The notes under the pieces: model-generated
Databases searched by the model: none
Told to the model about the DNA's origin: nothing
What the model saw: the letters and a program-made list of their open reading frames with translations, nothing else
Shown here: one piece after another, positions 27,561-37,291 of the stretch
How the letters are laid out: each line of letters begins with the position of its first letter
How positions within the stretch are numbered: position 1 is the first letter of the stretch
Assembly (NCBI GenBank): GCA_050261575.1
Contig: JBLNDL010000078.1
Coordinates: forward strand, 1-64,000
Direction: 5' to 3'
Origin: Sphingomonadaceae bacterium
GTDB taxonomy: Bacteria > Chloroflexota > UBA6077
Length of the DNA: 64,000 nucleotides
Program-made: the position numbers and the translations under genes

Positions 27561-29243
27561 TTGAGGGCGATAGTGCTGGCGGGAAGCCACAACGACAGTC
27601 TCGGCCCGCTTGCGCTCGATATCCCCACTCCCGCGCTGCCGATCGCGGGGCGGCCCCTGCTGTCCCGCACCCTGGACTACCTGGAGCTGCAGGGGATGGA
27701 CGGAGCGGTGGTTAGCTGCTACCGGAGGCCGCACCTGGTTGAGCGCGTGGTCAAGGAGTACTCGGGCAAGATGGCGGTGACCACCGCCCTGGAGAGCCCC
27801 CCGTTCGGCAGCGCGAACCTGGTCAGGCAGATGGTCCCGCGGGATGAGGAGACCTTCGTGGTCGTGATGGGGGACGTGCTGGCGGAGCTGGATCTTCGAG
27901 CCGCCGTCGGGCTGCACCGCGAGAGCGGCGCCCTGGCAACGGTGCTCACCACGCACGCGGACCCCCCGTGCCCCTACGGGGAGGTGGCCACCAACCGTGG
28001 CGGCGCGGTGGTAATGATCGGGAGCGAGCAGCTCGTGCGGAGGGAGGGTAAGCGTCCCGCGAACTGCGGCATCTACGTCCTCGAGGCCGAGGTGCTGAAG
28101 CACGTGCGCAGGGATCGCGCCTTCGATCTGGCGAAGGACCTCCTGCCCCTGCTGGTGGAGATGGAGCTTCCAGTGTTCGCCAGCACACAGCGCGGATACT
28201 GGCGCAGCATCAACTCGATCGAGCAGTACAGGGCGGCCAACATCGACCTGCTGCAGGGAAAGGTGGGAGGCCAGAGGCCGCTGGGCGAGGAGGTGGCACC
28301 GGGTGTGTGGCAGGCGCCCGGCGCCCGCATCGACAAGGACGCCACAGTCGTGGCACCCGCCATGGTGGGGAGCGGGTGCCGAGTCGAGAGGGACACGGTG
28401 ATCGGTCCGGACACGGTCCTGGGGGATGGGGTGCGTCTTCGTCGTGGCGCCAGCGCCGTCCGCACCGTGGTATTGCCCGGGAGCAAGGTGGGGCTGGCCA
28501 CGCGGCTGGAGGACGCCGTGGTTCGGGGCAACTTGCTGGCCAGGGCCACCCGGCCCGAGCCCACCTACGTCGACGACCCCCAGGTGCTGGAGACCCTGGA
28601 GTCCTTGGACCTCGAACTCGCCGTCAGGTCGCTCTTCGATCGAGTCATCGCAGCGATGGCCCTGGTCCTCGCCTCGCCCCTGATGCTGCTGATCGCCCTG
28701 CTGATCAAGCTGGACTCCCCGGGACCGGTCTTCTACTCACAGTTGAGGGTGGGGCAGGGCCGGCGAACTGCCAGCAACCAGTACCAGGGGAAGGTGTTCG
28801 AGCTGCTGAAGTTCCGGACGATGCGCCAGGATGCCGATCTTCGGCTGAAGGATGTGCTCGGGCGCAACGAGTACGGCGGCGCGCCTTTCGTGAAGATCAA
28901 GGACGATCCCCGCATCACGCGGGTGGGCCGCTTCCTGAGGGTGACGAGCCTGGACGAGCTGCCGCAGCTAATCAACGTGGTCAAAGGAGACATGGGGCTG
29001 GTGGGGAACCGTCCCCTCCCTCTCTATGAGGCGGAGCGGCTGAGCGACGAGTGGCAGAGGATACGGTTCAGCGCGCCCGCAGGCATCACCGGGCTGTGGC
29101 AGATCAGCGGCCGCTCGGACCTCTCGGCCGAGGAGCGGATCGTTCTGGACAACTACTACGCCCTGACCCATTCCTTCTGGAGCGACATGAAGATACTGCT
29201 CGTGACGATACCGGCCCTGGTGGCGAGACGTGGGGCCCGCTGA
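27561..29243 (+). CDS. Fusion: NDP-sugar pyrophosphorylase-like + left-handed beta-helix + priming sugar transferase
   Basis: RAIVLAG..P.P.LPIAGRP, VVMGD, CGIYV, hexapeptide repeats; then TM, IKLDSPGPVFYSQ, KFRTM, DDPRITRVGRFLR.TSLDELPQL, GITGLWQISGRS. Confidence 0.9.
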   Translation: MRAIVLAGSHNDSLGPLALDIPTPALPIAGRPLLSRTLDYLELQGMDGAVVSCYRRPHLVERVVKEYSGKMAVTTALESPPFGSANLVRQMVPRDEETFVVVMGDVLAELDLRAAVGLHRESGALATVLTTHADPPCPYGEVATNRGGAVVMIGSEQLVRREGKRPANCGIYVLEAEVLKHVRRDRAFDLAKDLLPLLVEMELPVFASTQRGYWRSINSIEQYRAANIDLLQGKVGGQRPLGEEVAPGVWQAPGARIDKDATVVAPAMVGSGCRVERDTVIGPDTVLGDGVRLRRGASAVRTVVLPGSKVGLATRLEDAVVRGNLLARATRPEPTYVDDPQVLETLESLDLELAVRSLFDRVIAAMALVLASPLMLLIALLIKLDSPGPVFYSQLRVGQGRRTASNQYQGKVFELLKFRTMRQDADLRLKDVLGRNEYGGAPFVKIKDDPRITRVGRFLRVTSLDELPQLINVVKGDMGLVGNRPLPLYEAERLSDEWQRIRFSAPAGITGLWQISGRSDLSAEERIVLDNYYALTHSFWSDMKILLVTIPALVARRGAR

Positions 29244-29295
29244 GCATCGGATCACACTCGGCACCACCTCGTGGTGGTGGTAGAAGGTAGGTAGC

Positions 29296-31038
29296 ATGGA
29301 ATTCTGGAATCTCTACCGGATGATCCGGAAGAGGCTGTGGATGGTGCTCTTCCTGGTAGTGGTGACGGTGAGCAGCACCATCGTCACGGTCATGACGCGG
29401 CCGCCCTCCTACAAAGCGACGGCCACCGTGAGGGTGGCGGTCACCTCCCCCAGCGTAGCCGACGTGGGCCGCCTCGACTGGTACACGGCGGGCATCCTCT
29501 TCTCCACCATACAGGAGACCATTCTCTCCCGCAGCATCCTGCAAGAGGTGATCGACCAGAACATGCTGGGGGTGACGCCGGACGAGTTTCGGAAAGCGGT
29601 CGGGGCAACGAGGGTGGGCAACTCCAACCTGCTGAAGATCGAGGTGAAATCCACCGACCCTGAGTTTTCGAAACGGTTGGCCAACGACATCGCCTCCACC
29701 TTCATCCGGTACAACCAGAACCTGCTGGACACCCAGAACGCCTCCTCCATCGCCTTCTACGAGGAGCAGGTGAAGCAGGCTGAGGCGAACTACACTAAGG
29801 CGAAGGAGGACTTCCGCAACTCGCTGAATCAGCCCAACTCGAGGGCGGCGGAGAACCAGTTCATCGCCGCGCAGGCGGCATACCAGGCTGCCCTCGATAA
29901 GCTCGACGCCGCCCGGCTGCTGAACCGCTTCCCAGACCTGAGGCCATCCTCGGTGTCGATCGCGGAGCCTGCAGTGACGCCTACGGAGCCAGAGGGGAGG
30001 CAGGTAGCTCGTTACACCCTCATCGCCCTGCTGGTGAGTCTGATCCTCGGCGTCTTCATCGCGATGGGGATCGAGTACCTGGATATGTCCATCAAGTCGC
30101 CCCACGAGGTCACCACCGAACTGGGCCTGGCGGTGATCGGGGTGATCCCTCACTTCCGCCGAGGAGTATCCGGCTTCGTCAACGTGCTAGCCAACCTGGA
30201 TCTGCCGCTCCTTAGCCGTCTCCTTCGTTCTCGGATACAACGCGCGGAGTCGAGCATCATGTCGGCAGAGAAGCTGCCCCTGGGGCCAGCAGAGGCATTC
30301 CGGAAGGCGCGGCTCAACCTGATGGCCTCCCACCGCAGTCGGCGGTTGCTGCACGGCGAGGCGGCCTCCACGGTTCTCATCACCAGCAGCCGGCCTCGGG
30401 ACGGGAAGACCACGATGGTTGCCCAGCTCGGCATAGCTCTGGCAAAGGCCGGCCAGGCGGTACTGCTGCTGGACGGGGACGTCCGAAAGCCCCAGCTACA
30501 CCGGCACTTCGGCCTCGATCCGAACGAGCCTGGCCTAGCGCAACTCCTGCTGGGGGAGGTTGCGGTCGGCGAGTGTGTGAGGCCCACGGGCTACACAGGG
30601 TTGTCGGTGATCCTGTCTGGAGCAGCAAGCGAGGAGCACGCGGAGCTTCTGGACAGCGACCGCTTCTCCGAGCTGATGGCGTGTCTGGCCGCGGAGTTCG
30701 ATTTCGTCCTGGTGGACTCTCCGGCCCTGGGGCTGTACACCGACGGCGCCGCGCTAGCGAGCCGGGTCGGTCGCGCGTTGCTAGTGGTAGATGCCACGCG
30801 GCCAAGCTCGGAGAACGAGATGCGCAGCATCGCCCTTCTGACCAGCGCGGGCGCAGTGGTGGAAGGGGTGATAGTCAACAAGATCAACCCCGAATACGTC
30901 GACCCCGCGAAGCTGCATGCGCTCCCTCGCCACGTCGTGGAGCTGGCCCACCTCCGCAACGGCGGCGGGCACGGATCGGCGAACGGCAGATCCAATGGGG
31001 CAGCGGGACACGATCCAGCCGGAAGCCGGGCGAACTAG
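29296..31038 (+). CDS. Polysaccharide copolymerase fused to BY-kinase-like ATPase (Wzc-like)
   Basis: Two TMs around a coiled coil; EAFR, TSSRPRDGKTT, LLDGDVRKP, VLVDSP. Confidence 0.9.
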   Translation: MEFWNLYRMIRKRLWMVLFLVVVTVSSTIVTVMTRPPSYKATATVRVAVTSPSVADVGRLDWYTAGILFSTIQETILSRSILQEVIDQNMLGVTPDEFRKAVGATRVGNSNLLKIEVKSTDPEFSKRLANDIASTFIRYNQNLLDTQNASSIAFYEEQVKQAEANYTKAKEDFRNSLNQPNSRAAENQFIAAQAAYQAALDKLDAARLLNRFPDLRPSSVSIAEPAVTPTEPEGRQVARYTLIALLVSLILGVFIAMGIEYLDMSIKSPHEVTTELGLAVIGVIPHFRRGVSGFVNVLANLDLPLLSRLLRSRIQRAESSIMSAEKLPLGPAEAFRKARLNLMASHRSRRLLHGEAASTVLITSSRPRDGKTTMVAQLGIALAKAGQAVLLLDGDVRKPQLHRHFGLDPNEPGLAQLLLGEVAVGECVRPTGYTGLSVILSGAASEEHAELLDSDRFSELMACLAAEFDFVLVDSPALGLYTDGAALASRVGRALLVVDATRPSSENEMRSIALLTSAGAVVEGVIVNKINPEYVDPAKLHALPRHVVELAHLRNGGGHGSANGRSNGAAGHDPAGSRAN

Positions 31039-31039
31039 C

Positions 31040-32539
31040 ATGTCGACGGCGCAGAGGATCGCGGCTGCCCTCACCGTGACCAACCTCGTCTCCACACTGC
31101 TGCTGCTGGCGGGTGGGGTGTACCTTTCGAGGCTCCTGGCGGCGCCGAGGTTCGGGATCACCCTGGTGCTGGTGGCGATGCTGACGATCGTCCCACTCGC
31201 ACTGGTCCTGATCGCCAAGCCCCGGTTCGGGGTGGTCCTGCTGTTCATCGTCTCGATGACGATCATCGAGGTCAAACGACTGGCCTGGCACATGGAGGTG
31301 GGGCTGGTAGTCGAGTTCCTGGAAGGGGTGCTGGCCGTGGCACTGGCCGCCCTCGTCATCGCCCGAAGGGACCTGCACCGGCTGTCCTCACCCCTCACTG
31401 CCCCGGTGCTACTCTACGTGGCCTACCAGGTGGTTATCGCCTTTCACCCCAACCTCCCCACCACCATCAACATCATCTACGCCCTGCGCGACCCCATCAA
31501 CTTCGCCGTGCCGTTCATCGCCGCGGTGTACCTCTTCCGAGATCGGCGCCAGCTCAGCCTGTTCCTCTACCTGTGGCTGGGGACGGCCTTCGTGCTGGCC
31601 CTGTACGGCCTGTTCCAGTACTACGTGGGGCTGAACAACTGGGAGACTGCCTGGCTCTCCATCAGCCCCACCCACGTGCTGTACAACCGCATCCGCATCT
31701 TCTCCACCCTGGGAAGCGCCGATGCGCTGGGGATGCACATGGCGGTGTCCATCGTGATCGCCCTGGCCGTGGGGTTCCACACACGGAGGAAGCTGGTCAG
31801 GTACGGGGTGATGGCGATGGTGCCGGTTTTCGCTGTGGCCAACCTGCAGACCCTCACCCGAGGGGCGTACGTGGCAGTGTTGGTGGGGGTGCTGACCCTG
31901 GCGCTCGTGACCCGGAACCGCGCGCTGCTGCTGGCGCTGGTCGTGGCGGCAGCGGGGGTGGTGATCTGGTACCAGACGAACCAGGGCAGCCTGTTGGCCA
32001 ACCGTGTGATCACGATGTTCACTCCCGACCAGGACGAGTCTTTCGAGGTACGGCAGAACTACATAGCCGACTACATGCCGGTAATCGTGGAGAGCCCTTT
32101 CGGCTTCGGCCCGGCCACCAGCGGAAGGCAGGGGTGGGTGCTGCTGGAGTGGAGCGGAATCGACCCGAAGCTGGCAGAGTCGATCGCGGGTGTCCCCACC
32201 GACAACTACTACTTCCGGATCGCACTGGAGACGGGGTGGGTGGGGTTGCTGCTGTTCCTGGGTCTGCTGCTGACGGTGTTTCTCGTGGGACTGCGGATCT
32301 TCGCCCGCTCCCGCGACCCACTGGTGAAGTGGATGGCCGCCGCCTTCATCGCCTCCTATGCTGCGATGGCGGTGTCCAGCCTATCCAACAACTACTTCTC
32401 CCATCTTGATATGAAGCTCTTCTTCTGGTTCTCCCTGGGTCTACTAGCCAACTTACCACTGATCGACGCCCAGTCCAGGCAGGGTAATGTGGTTGGGGAG
32501 CCGGTGGCCACCTCTCGCCTCCGGAGGGTGCGCTGGTGA
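31040..32539 (+). CDS. O-antigen ligase/Wzy-family polymerase
   Basis: About 12 TMs, RIFSTLG, TLTRGAY, PFGFG, TDNYY..IALETGWVG. Confidence 0.85.
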   Translation: MSTAQRIAAALTVTNLVSTLLLLAGGVYLSRLLAAPRFGITLVLVAMLTIVPLALVLIAKPRFGVVLLFIVSMTIIEVKRLAWHMEVGLVVEFLEGVLAVALAALVIARRDLHRLSSPLTAPVLLYVAYQVVIAFHPNLPTTINIIYALRDPINFAVPFIAAVYLFRDRRQLSLFLYLWLGTAFVLALYGLFQYYVGLNNWETAWLSISPTHVLYNRIRIFSTLGSADALGMHMAVSIVIALAVGFHTRRKLVRYGVMAMVPVFAVANLQTLTRGAYVAVLVGVLTLALVTRNRALLLALVVAAAGVVIWYQTNQGSLLANRVITMFTPDQDESFEVRQNYIADYMPVIVESPFGFGPATSGRQGWVLLEWSGIDPKLAESIAGVPTDNYYFRIALETGWVGLLLFLGLLLTVFLVGLRIFARSRDPLVKWMAAAFIASYAAMAVSSLSNNYFSHLDMKLFFWFSLGLLANLPLIDAQSRQGNVVGEPVATSRLRRVRW

Positions 32540-33840
32540 CTACCGTTCTTCTGGGACTGCTGCTAGCGGCGCTGCAGGGATACGCCCTGATGTACCTGCT
32601 CTACCTGTGGACCCCGGCCATCGCCGCACTGGCGGGGACTCTGTGTCGCACGGCGAGCGAGCACCTCACGGCTGGCGAGACACGACGCAGGATTCCGCTC
32701 CCCCCTGCGTGGGGAGGTGCCGCGACGCGTGAGGCCAGCCGGGAGCGCTCCTTCGCGATCCTTATCTCCGCACACGACGAGGAGGCGGTCATCGGCTCCC
32801 TGCTGTGGAGCCTTGCCCTCCAGCATTACCCGGAAGAAAAGCGCAAGGTGTTCGTGGTGGCGAACAACTGCACCGACTCCACTGCGACGGTCGTGCGCAG
32901 TTCGGGACTTGCGGTCTGCCACGAGCGGAACACCGGGGACCTGGCGACCAAGGGCGCGGCGCTGGCGTGGCTTTGGGAGCATGTCTCGGAGGAGGTCGCC
33001 GACTGCGAGTGCATACTCGTGCTGGACGCCGACAACCTGGTGGCCCCGGACTTCCTGTGCGAGATGAACCGAACCTTCGACCAGGGCTTTCGCGTCGTGC
33101 AGTCGGCCAGGTGCGCGAAGAACCCCTCCGATAGCTGGACCAGCCAGTTGGATGCGATCTCAGAGGTGCTTTGGAACCAACTGGACCAGGCGGGGAGGAT
33201 GCTGCTGGGGATGTCGGCCAACATCGCCGGGTCGGGGATGGCCTTCGAGCGAGAGGTGTTCGACAGACTGATCGCCGGTGGGCTGCCCGGTCTCCTCGAG
33301 GACGTAGAGTGGCAGGCCAGGCTGATGCTGGACGGGATAGCGGTCGGCTACGCCGGCCAGGCGAAGGTGTACGACGAGAAGACACGCAAGGCAGGGCAGT
33401 TGGGCAGCCAGCGGAAACGATGGGTGGCCGGGCTCGCGCTCGCCGGACGGTACTACGGGCTTCCCCTGTTGCTCTCCGGGGTACGATCCAGGCGCCTCCA
33501 ACAGATGGTCGCAGCCTTCGGGGTGACGAAGCCCCCGAGGTCGCTGCTGCTCGTCGCGATGGGGCTGATGGCGCTTGCGGAGCTGCTGTTCCCCGGCGCC
33601 CCGGCGCTGCTCCCCTGGGGCTTCTGGGTAGCGGCCATCGCCAGCTTTGGGCTGTACGTGCTGTTGGGGATGGTACTGGATGGTGCCCGACCCGGTGCAT
33701 ATCTGGCTCTGGCATTCGCGCCGCTGTTTGCGTTGATGATGGTGGGGGCTGCGATCACGGGGGGGCTTCGGCCCTCCAAGCAGCGATGGGTGCCGACGGC
33801 GCACGACAGGGGTATCGGGATAGACCACCTGCAGCGATGA
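32536..33840 (+). CDS. Membrane GT2 glycosyltransferase (CESA-like)
   Basis: ISAHDEE, ANNCTD, LDADN, GSGM, LEDVE, QRKRW. Confidence 0.88.
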   Translation: MTTVLLGLLLAALQGYALMYLLYLWTPAIAALAGTLCRTASEHLTAGETRRRIPLPPAWGGAATREASRERSFAILISAHDEEAVIGSLLWSLALQHYPEEKRKVFVVANNCTDSTATVVRSSGLAVCHERNTGDLATKGAALAWLWEHVSEEVADCECILVLDADNLVAPDFLCEMNRTFDQGFRVVQSARCAKNPSDSWTSQLDAISEVLWNQLDQAGRMLLGMSANIAGSGMAFEREVFDRLIAGGLPGLLEDVEWQARLMLDGIAVGYAGQAKVYDEKTRKAGQLGSQRKRWVAGLALAGRYYGLPLLLSGVRSRRLQQMVAAFGVTKPPRSLLLVAMGLMALAELLFPGAPALLPWGFWVAAIASFGLYVLLGMVLDGARPGAYLALAFAPLFALMMVGAAITGGLRPSKQRWVPTAHDRGIGIDHLQR

Positions 33841-33897
33841 ACCCGACGGGGGAGAGGGTGGCAGTCGTCAAGCGCAGCGCGGCACCGTGGTAACCGC

Positions 33898-35001
33898 ATG
33901 ATGGGAGGAATCGTGGCAGGACCTCTCGGTAGCGAGAGCCCCCTCGGCAGGGGGCCGGTCAGCGTGGTGATCCCCACCTACAACCGGGCGGGGCAACTGG
34001 AGCGGGTGCTCTTGTCCTATCTGAGGCAGACCCAGATCAAGGAGGTGATAGTCGTGGATAACGGCAGCACCGACCGGACCCCCGACCTGCTGAAAGAGTG
34101 GGCCACGAGAGACCCGCTGCTCACGCCCCTTCGCCTGGAGGTGAACCGACGCCAGGCCGGGGCGCGGAACGCGGGCGCTGAGGCCGCCACGGGCGAGTAC
34201 GTCTTCTTCGGTGAGGACGACTACGAGCTGACGCCCGGCCAAGTGTCCACCCTGTTGGAGCACATGGAAGCGACGGGCGCCGACCTGATCGCGGGCAGGC
34301 GGATCAACGTTCTGGCGGACGAGAGCTACGAGCAGGCGCTCCGCCGCGTCCGCGGCTACTCGGACCCGCTCATCGAACGCTGGGCGGGGGTCGGCAACCC
34401 CCACGTGGACACCCTGGTGGACGTCGAGGCACCGCTGCTGGATGCCTGCGCGTTGATCCGACGAGAGGTGTTTCGTCGCGTCTCCTTCGACGTGGGGTTC
34501 GAGGGCAACGGATGGAGGGAGGAGAGCGATTTTCAACTCGGCGCCCTCAAGGCAGGCTTCAAGCTTGTGCACTGCCCCCACACGCTCGGCTTCCACACGC
34601 CTGGAGGGGTGGGCAAGGCCAAAGGGGGGTCGAGGGGACGGAGCCGGCTGGACTACGAGCTGTGGGTGCTCCGCAACAACGCGCGCTTCCTGCGGAAGCA
34701 CTGGGATTACCTCCGCACCGGGCACAACGGACTGAAGGTGCCCCCCCTGTTGGAGCTGGCCGTGGCCCTGCAGGCCGCGATGAGGATGGCCCGAGCCGCA
34801 AGAAAGCTCTGCCGCCAGTCTGCGGCGCGCATCGGCGCCTCCTCGCCTGCCGGGCCCTCACGCCGGCAGGCCCCGGGGACGGCACCTTCTCCCGGGCACG
34901 GTAACGAGAATGGCAGGACATCCGTCGCTGGCCGCGAGGTCGCCTCCCGCCCCTCTGCAGCCGGAGAGACGCCCACGCGTCCCGGGCTGGACGGACGATG
35001 A
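33898..35001 (+). CDS. GT2 glycosyltransferase
   Basis: SVVIPTYNR, VDNGSTD, ARNAG, GEDD, REESDF. Confidence 0.88.
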   Translation: MMGGIVAGPLGSESPLGRGPVSVVIPTYNRAGQLERVLLSYLRQTQIKEVIVVDNGSTDRTPDLLKEWATRDPLLTPLRLEVNRRQAGARNAGAEAATGEYVFFGEDDYELTPGQVSTLLEHMEATGADLIAGRRINVLADESYEQALRRVRGYSDPLIERWAGVGNPHVDTLVDVEAPLLDACALIRREVFRRVSFDVGFEGNGWREESDFQLGALKAGFKLVHCPHTLGFHTPGGVGKAKGGSRGRSRLDYELWVLRNNARFLRKHWDYLRTGHNGLKVPPLLELAVALQAAMRMARAARKLCRQSAARIGASSPAGPSRRQAPGTAPSPGHGNENGRTSVAGREVASRPSAAGETPTRPGLDGR

Positions 35002-37136
35002 CAGACAGGCTCTCGCCGCTCAGCGGCCACGACCTCGTGTGCGTTTCGGTAATGGACTGGGACTGGCCGTTCTGGACCAGCCGCCAGCAGCTCATGAGCC
35101 GCCTGGCCCGCACCAATCGGGTCTTGTTCGTCGACCCACCGCTGACCTTTGCCAGCGACTACCTTGGGATCCGCAGCGACCTCCGGCTGAGACGCAAGCT
35201 GCACAACTGGGTGCGCAACGGGGGAATCTCGCGTCGAGGTGAGGGCCTGCTCACCTGGAGCCCTCCACCCAGCATCCCATTCAACCGCATACGTAACCGA
35301 AGGGTGTTCGATGGCCTCCTCGACCTGAACCAAAGAGTGTTCAGGCTGGCCCTTCTGCGCACCATGGATCGGCTAGGCTTCCGCAAACCCATCCTCTGGG
35401 TTTCCTTTAACGTCTACTTCGGCGACGCCGTGGTAGGAAGGCTCGGGGAGTCTCTCTCGGTCTACCACTGCACCGATGAGATCTCGGGCTTCCCCGGCTA
35501 CTCGCCCTTCATCACTGAGATCGAGGCGCGGGTAGCTGCCAGGTCCGACCTGGTGCTCGCCTCCTCGGACGTGCTGCGAGAGAGCAAATCCCGATACAAC
35601 CCGGCGAGCCACTTCGTCCCCAATGGTGCCGACGTCGAACTGTTCGAGCAGGCCGAGGGCTGGCAGGGAGCACCGCCCCATGACCTGCTACGCCTCCCGC
35701 CTCCCAGAGCAGGGTTCGTGGGACAGATCGAGTACCGTTTCGACGTCGATCTGCTGAGGCAGGTGGCGGAGATGCTGCCGAACTGGAGTTTCGCGTTGAT
35801 TGGCCCGGTCCAGGAGGGAAACCGCGAGGTGGAGACGTTACGCGGAATACCGAACGTCCACTTCCTCGGGTTGAAAGAGCGGCATCGGTTGCCCGGGTAC
35901 CTCGCCCACCTGCAGGTGACGCTGATCCCGTACAAGATCAACCGGCTGACCAGGGGTATCTACCCACTCAAGCTCCACGAGTACCTGGCCTCGGGCAAGC
36001 CGGTGGTGGCAACCCCCATCCCATCTCTGATGGGGATGGGAGACACGGTGTACGTGGCGGGGGACGCACCCTCGTTCGCGAGCGCCATCGAGCGGGCGGT
36101 GAAGGAGGACAGCGAGGACAGGCGACGGGCGAGGACTCTACGGGCCCGGGAGGAGAGCTGGGAGGCGCGAGTCTCGGATATCGGCAGGCTGCTGCGGGCC
36201 GCGCTGGAGACCAAAGGCGGGGGGAGGGCAGCGGCGCCGCCACCACCACACCGGTCATCGGGGTCGGTGGCTATCGCCCTCGCCCCCAGCCCGAACACAA
36301 ACCACTCCGGGGCTCGGGCGCTGCCGGCTTCGTCGTTCCTGCGGCTCGGCAGGGAGCTGGCGAATCGCCACGCCGGACTGCCGAAGCGACTGGCCTACCA
36401 GTTGATTGGCGACCTCAACCTCCACCGCCGGGTGAGGGGCGCCCACGTCCTCGGCGTGGTGAAGCGTCTCAATCTGGCCGGGGCCGAGCTGCTCGATGCG
36501 GGCTGCGGCGAGGGGGCATGCACCATCGCACTGGCCAGGGAGTTGGAGGGTTGCACGATAACCGGGGTCGACGTGAGCCCGACGAGCGTGGCGGCCTGCC
36601 AGATGGCGGCCGGCGACCAGATGGGAGAGCGACTGCGCTTCGAACAGGCAGACGTGACGTGTCTACCGTACCAGGAGCGATTCGCCGGGGCTGTGTGCGT
36701 GGACGTCCTGGAGCACATCTCGGATGACGAAGCGGCCCTCAGGAGCATCCACAAAGCGCTGAGGCCAGGGGGCACACTGGTGCTGCACGTTCCCATGAGA
36801 CACCAACTCCAGCGGCGCTTCTTGCCGACGCACAACGGGCACCACGTCACAGACCACGTTCGGGACGAGTACCTGCGGGAGGAGATCGTAGACAAGGTAG
36901 AGCGGGCAGGCTTCCAGGTGGAGGAGGTTCGGTGCACGTTCGGGGCCGCGGGGGAGCTGGCCTTCGAGCTGAACACCCTCCTGCCCGGGATACCGGCCGT
37001 CCGGGAGTTGCTCGCCGCGATCACCTACCCCCTGGCGCTGACCCTGGCCTACCTGGACGTAGCCCGCGGTCCCGGCCCATCGGGCAACTCCTTTCTCATC
37101 GTTGCGAGCAAGCCGGTCGCCGGAAACGCCGTGTAG
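34998..37136 (+). CDS. GT4 (TuaH-like) glycosyltransferase fused to class I SAM methyltransferase
   Basis: VYHCTDE, VPNGAD, PLKLHEYLASGKPVV; then LLDAGCGEG, DVLEHI, LRPGG. Confidence 0.88.
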   Translation: MTDRLSPLSGHDLVCVSVMDWDWPFWTSRQQLMSRLARTNRVLFVDPPLTFASDYLGIRSDLRLRRKLHNWVRNGGISRRGEGLLTWSPPPSIPFNRIRNRRVFDGLLDLNQRVFRLALLRTMDRLGFRKPILWVSFNVYFGDAVVGRLGESLSVYHCTDEISGFPGYSPFITEIEARVAARSDLVLASSDVLRESKSRYNPASHFVPNGADVELFEQAEGWQGAPPHDLLRLPPPRAGFVGQIEYRFDVDLLRQVAEMLPNWSFALIGPVQEGNREVETLRGIPNVHFLGLKERHRLPGYLAHLQVTLIPYKINRLTRGIYPLKLHEYLASGKPVVATPIPSLMGMGDTVYVAGDAPSFASAIERAVKEDSEDRRRARTLRAREESWEARVSDIGRLLRAALETKGGGRAAAPPPPHRSSGSVAIALAPSPNTNHSGARALPASSFLRLGRELANRHAGLPKRLAYQLIGDLNLHRRVRGAHVLGVVKRLNLAGAELLDAGCGEGACTIALARELEGCTITGVDVSPTSVAACQMAAGDQMGERLRFEQADVTCLPYQERFAGAVCVDVLEHISDDEAALRSIHKALRPGGTLVLHVPMRHQLQRRFLPTHNGHHVTDHVRDEYLREEIVDKVERAGFQVEEVRCTFGAAGELAFELNTLLPGIPAVRELLAAITYPLALTLAYLDVARGPGPSGNSFLIVASKPVAGNAV

Positions 37137-37182
37137 GGCCGAGAGCCGCCGGCCGGGAGAGTGACGGGCTGACGGCATACTC

Positions 37183-37201
37183 CCTCTCCCTGTGGGAGAG
37201 G
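37183..37201. repeat. Short CCTCTCCC-N3-GGGAGAGG palindrome (REP-like)
   Basis: 8-bp stem in the gap before the flippase; degenerate second copy near 37243. Confidence 0.35.
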
Positions 37202-37291
37202 CGCGACCCCGCGAACGCTCGCGCCGCAGAGAGAGGGCATGCCTCCCTCTCACATAGCGAGGGGGCCGACCGCTTCAGGAGCAAGTGCAAG

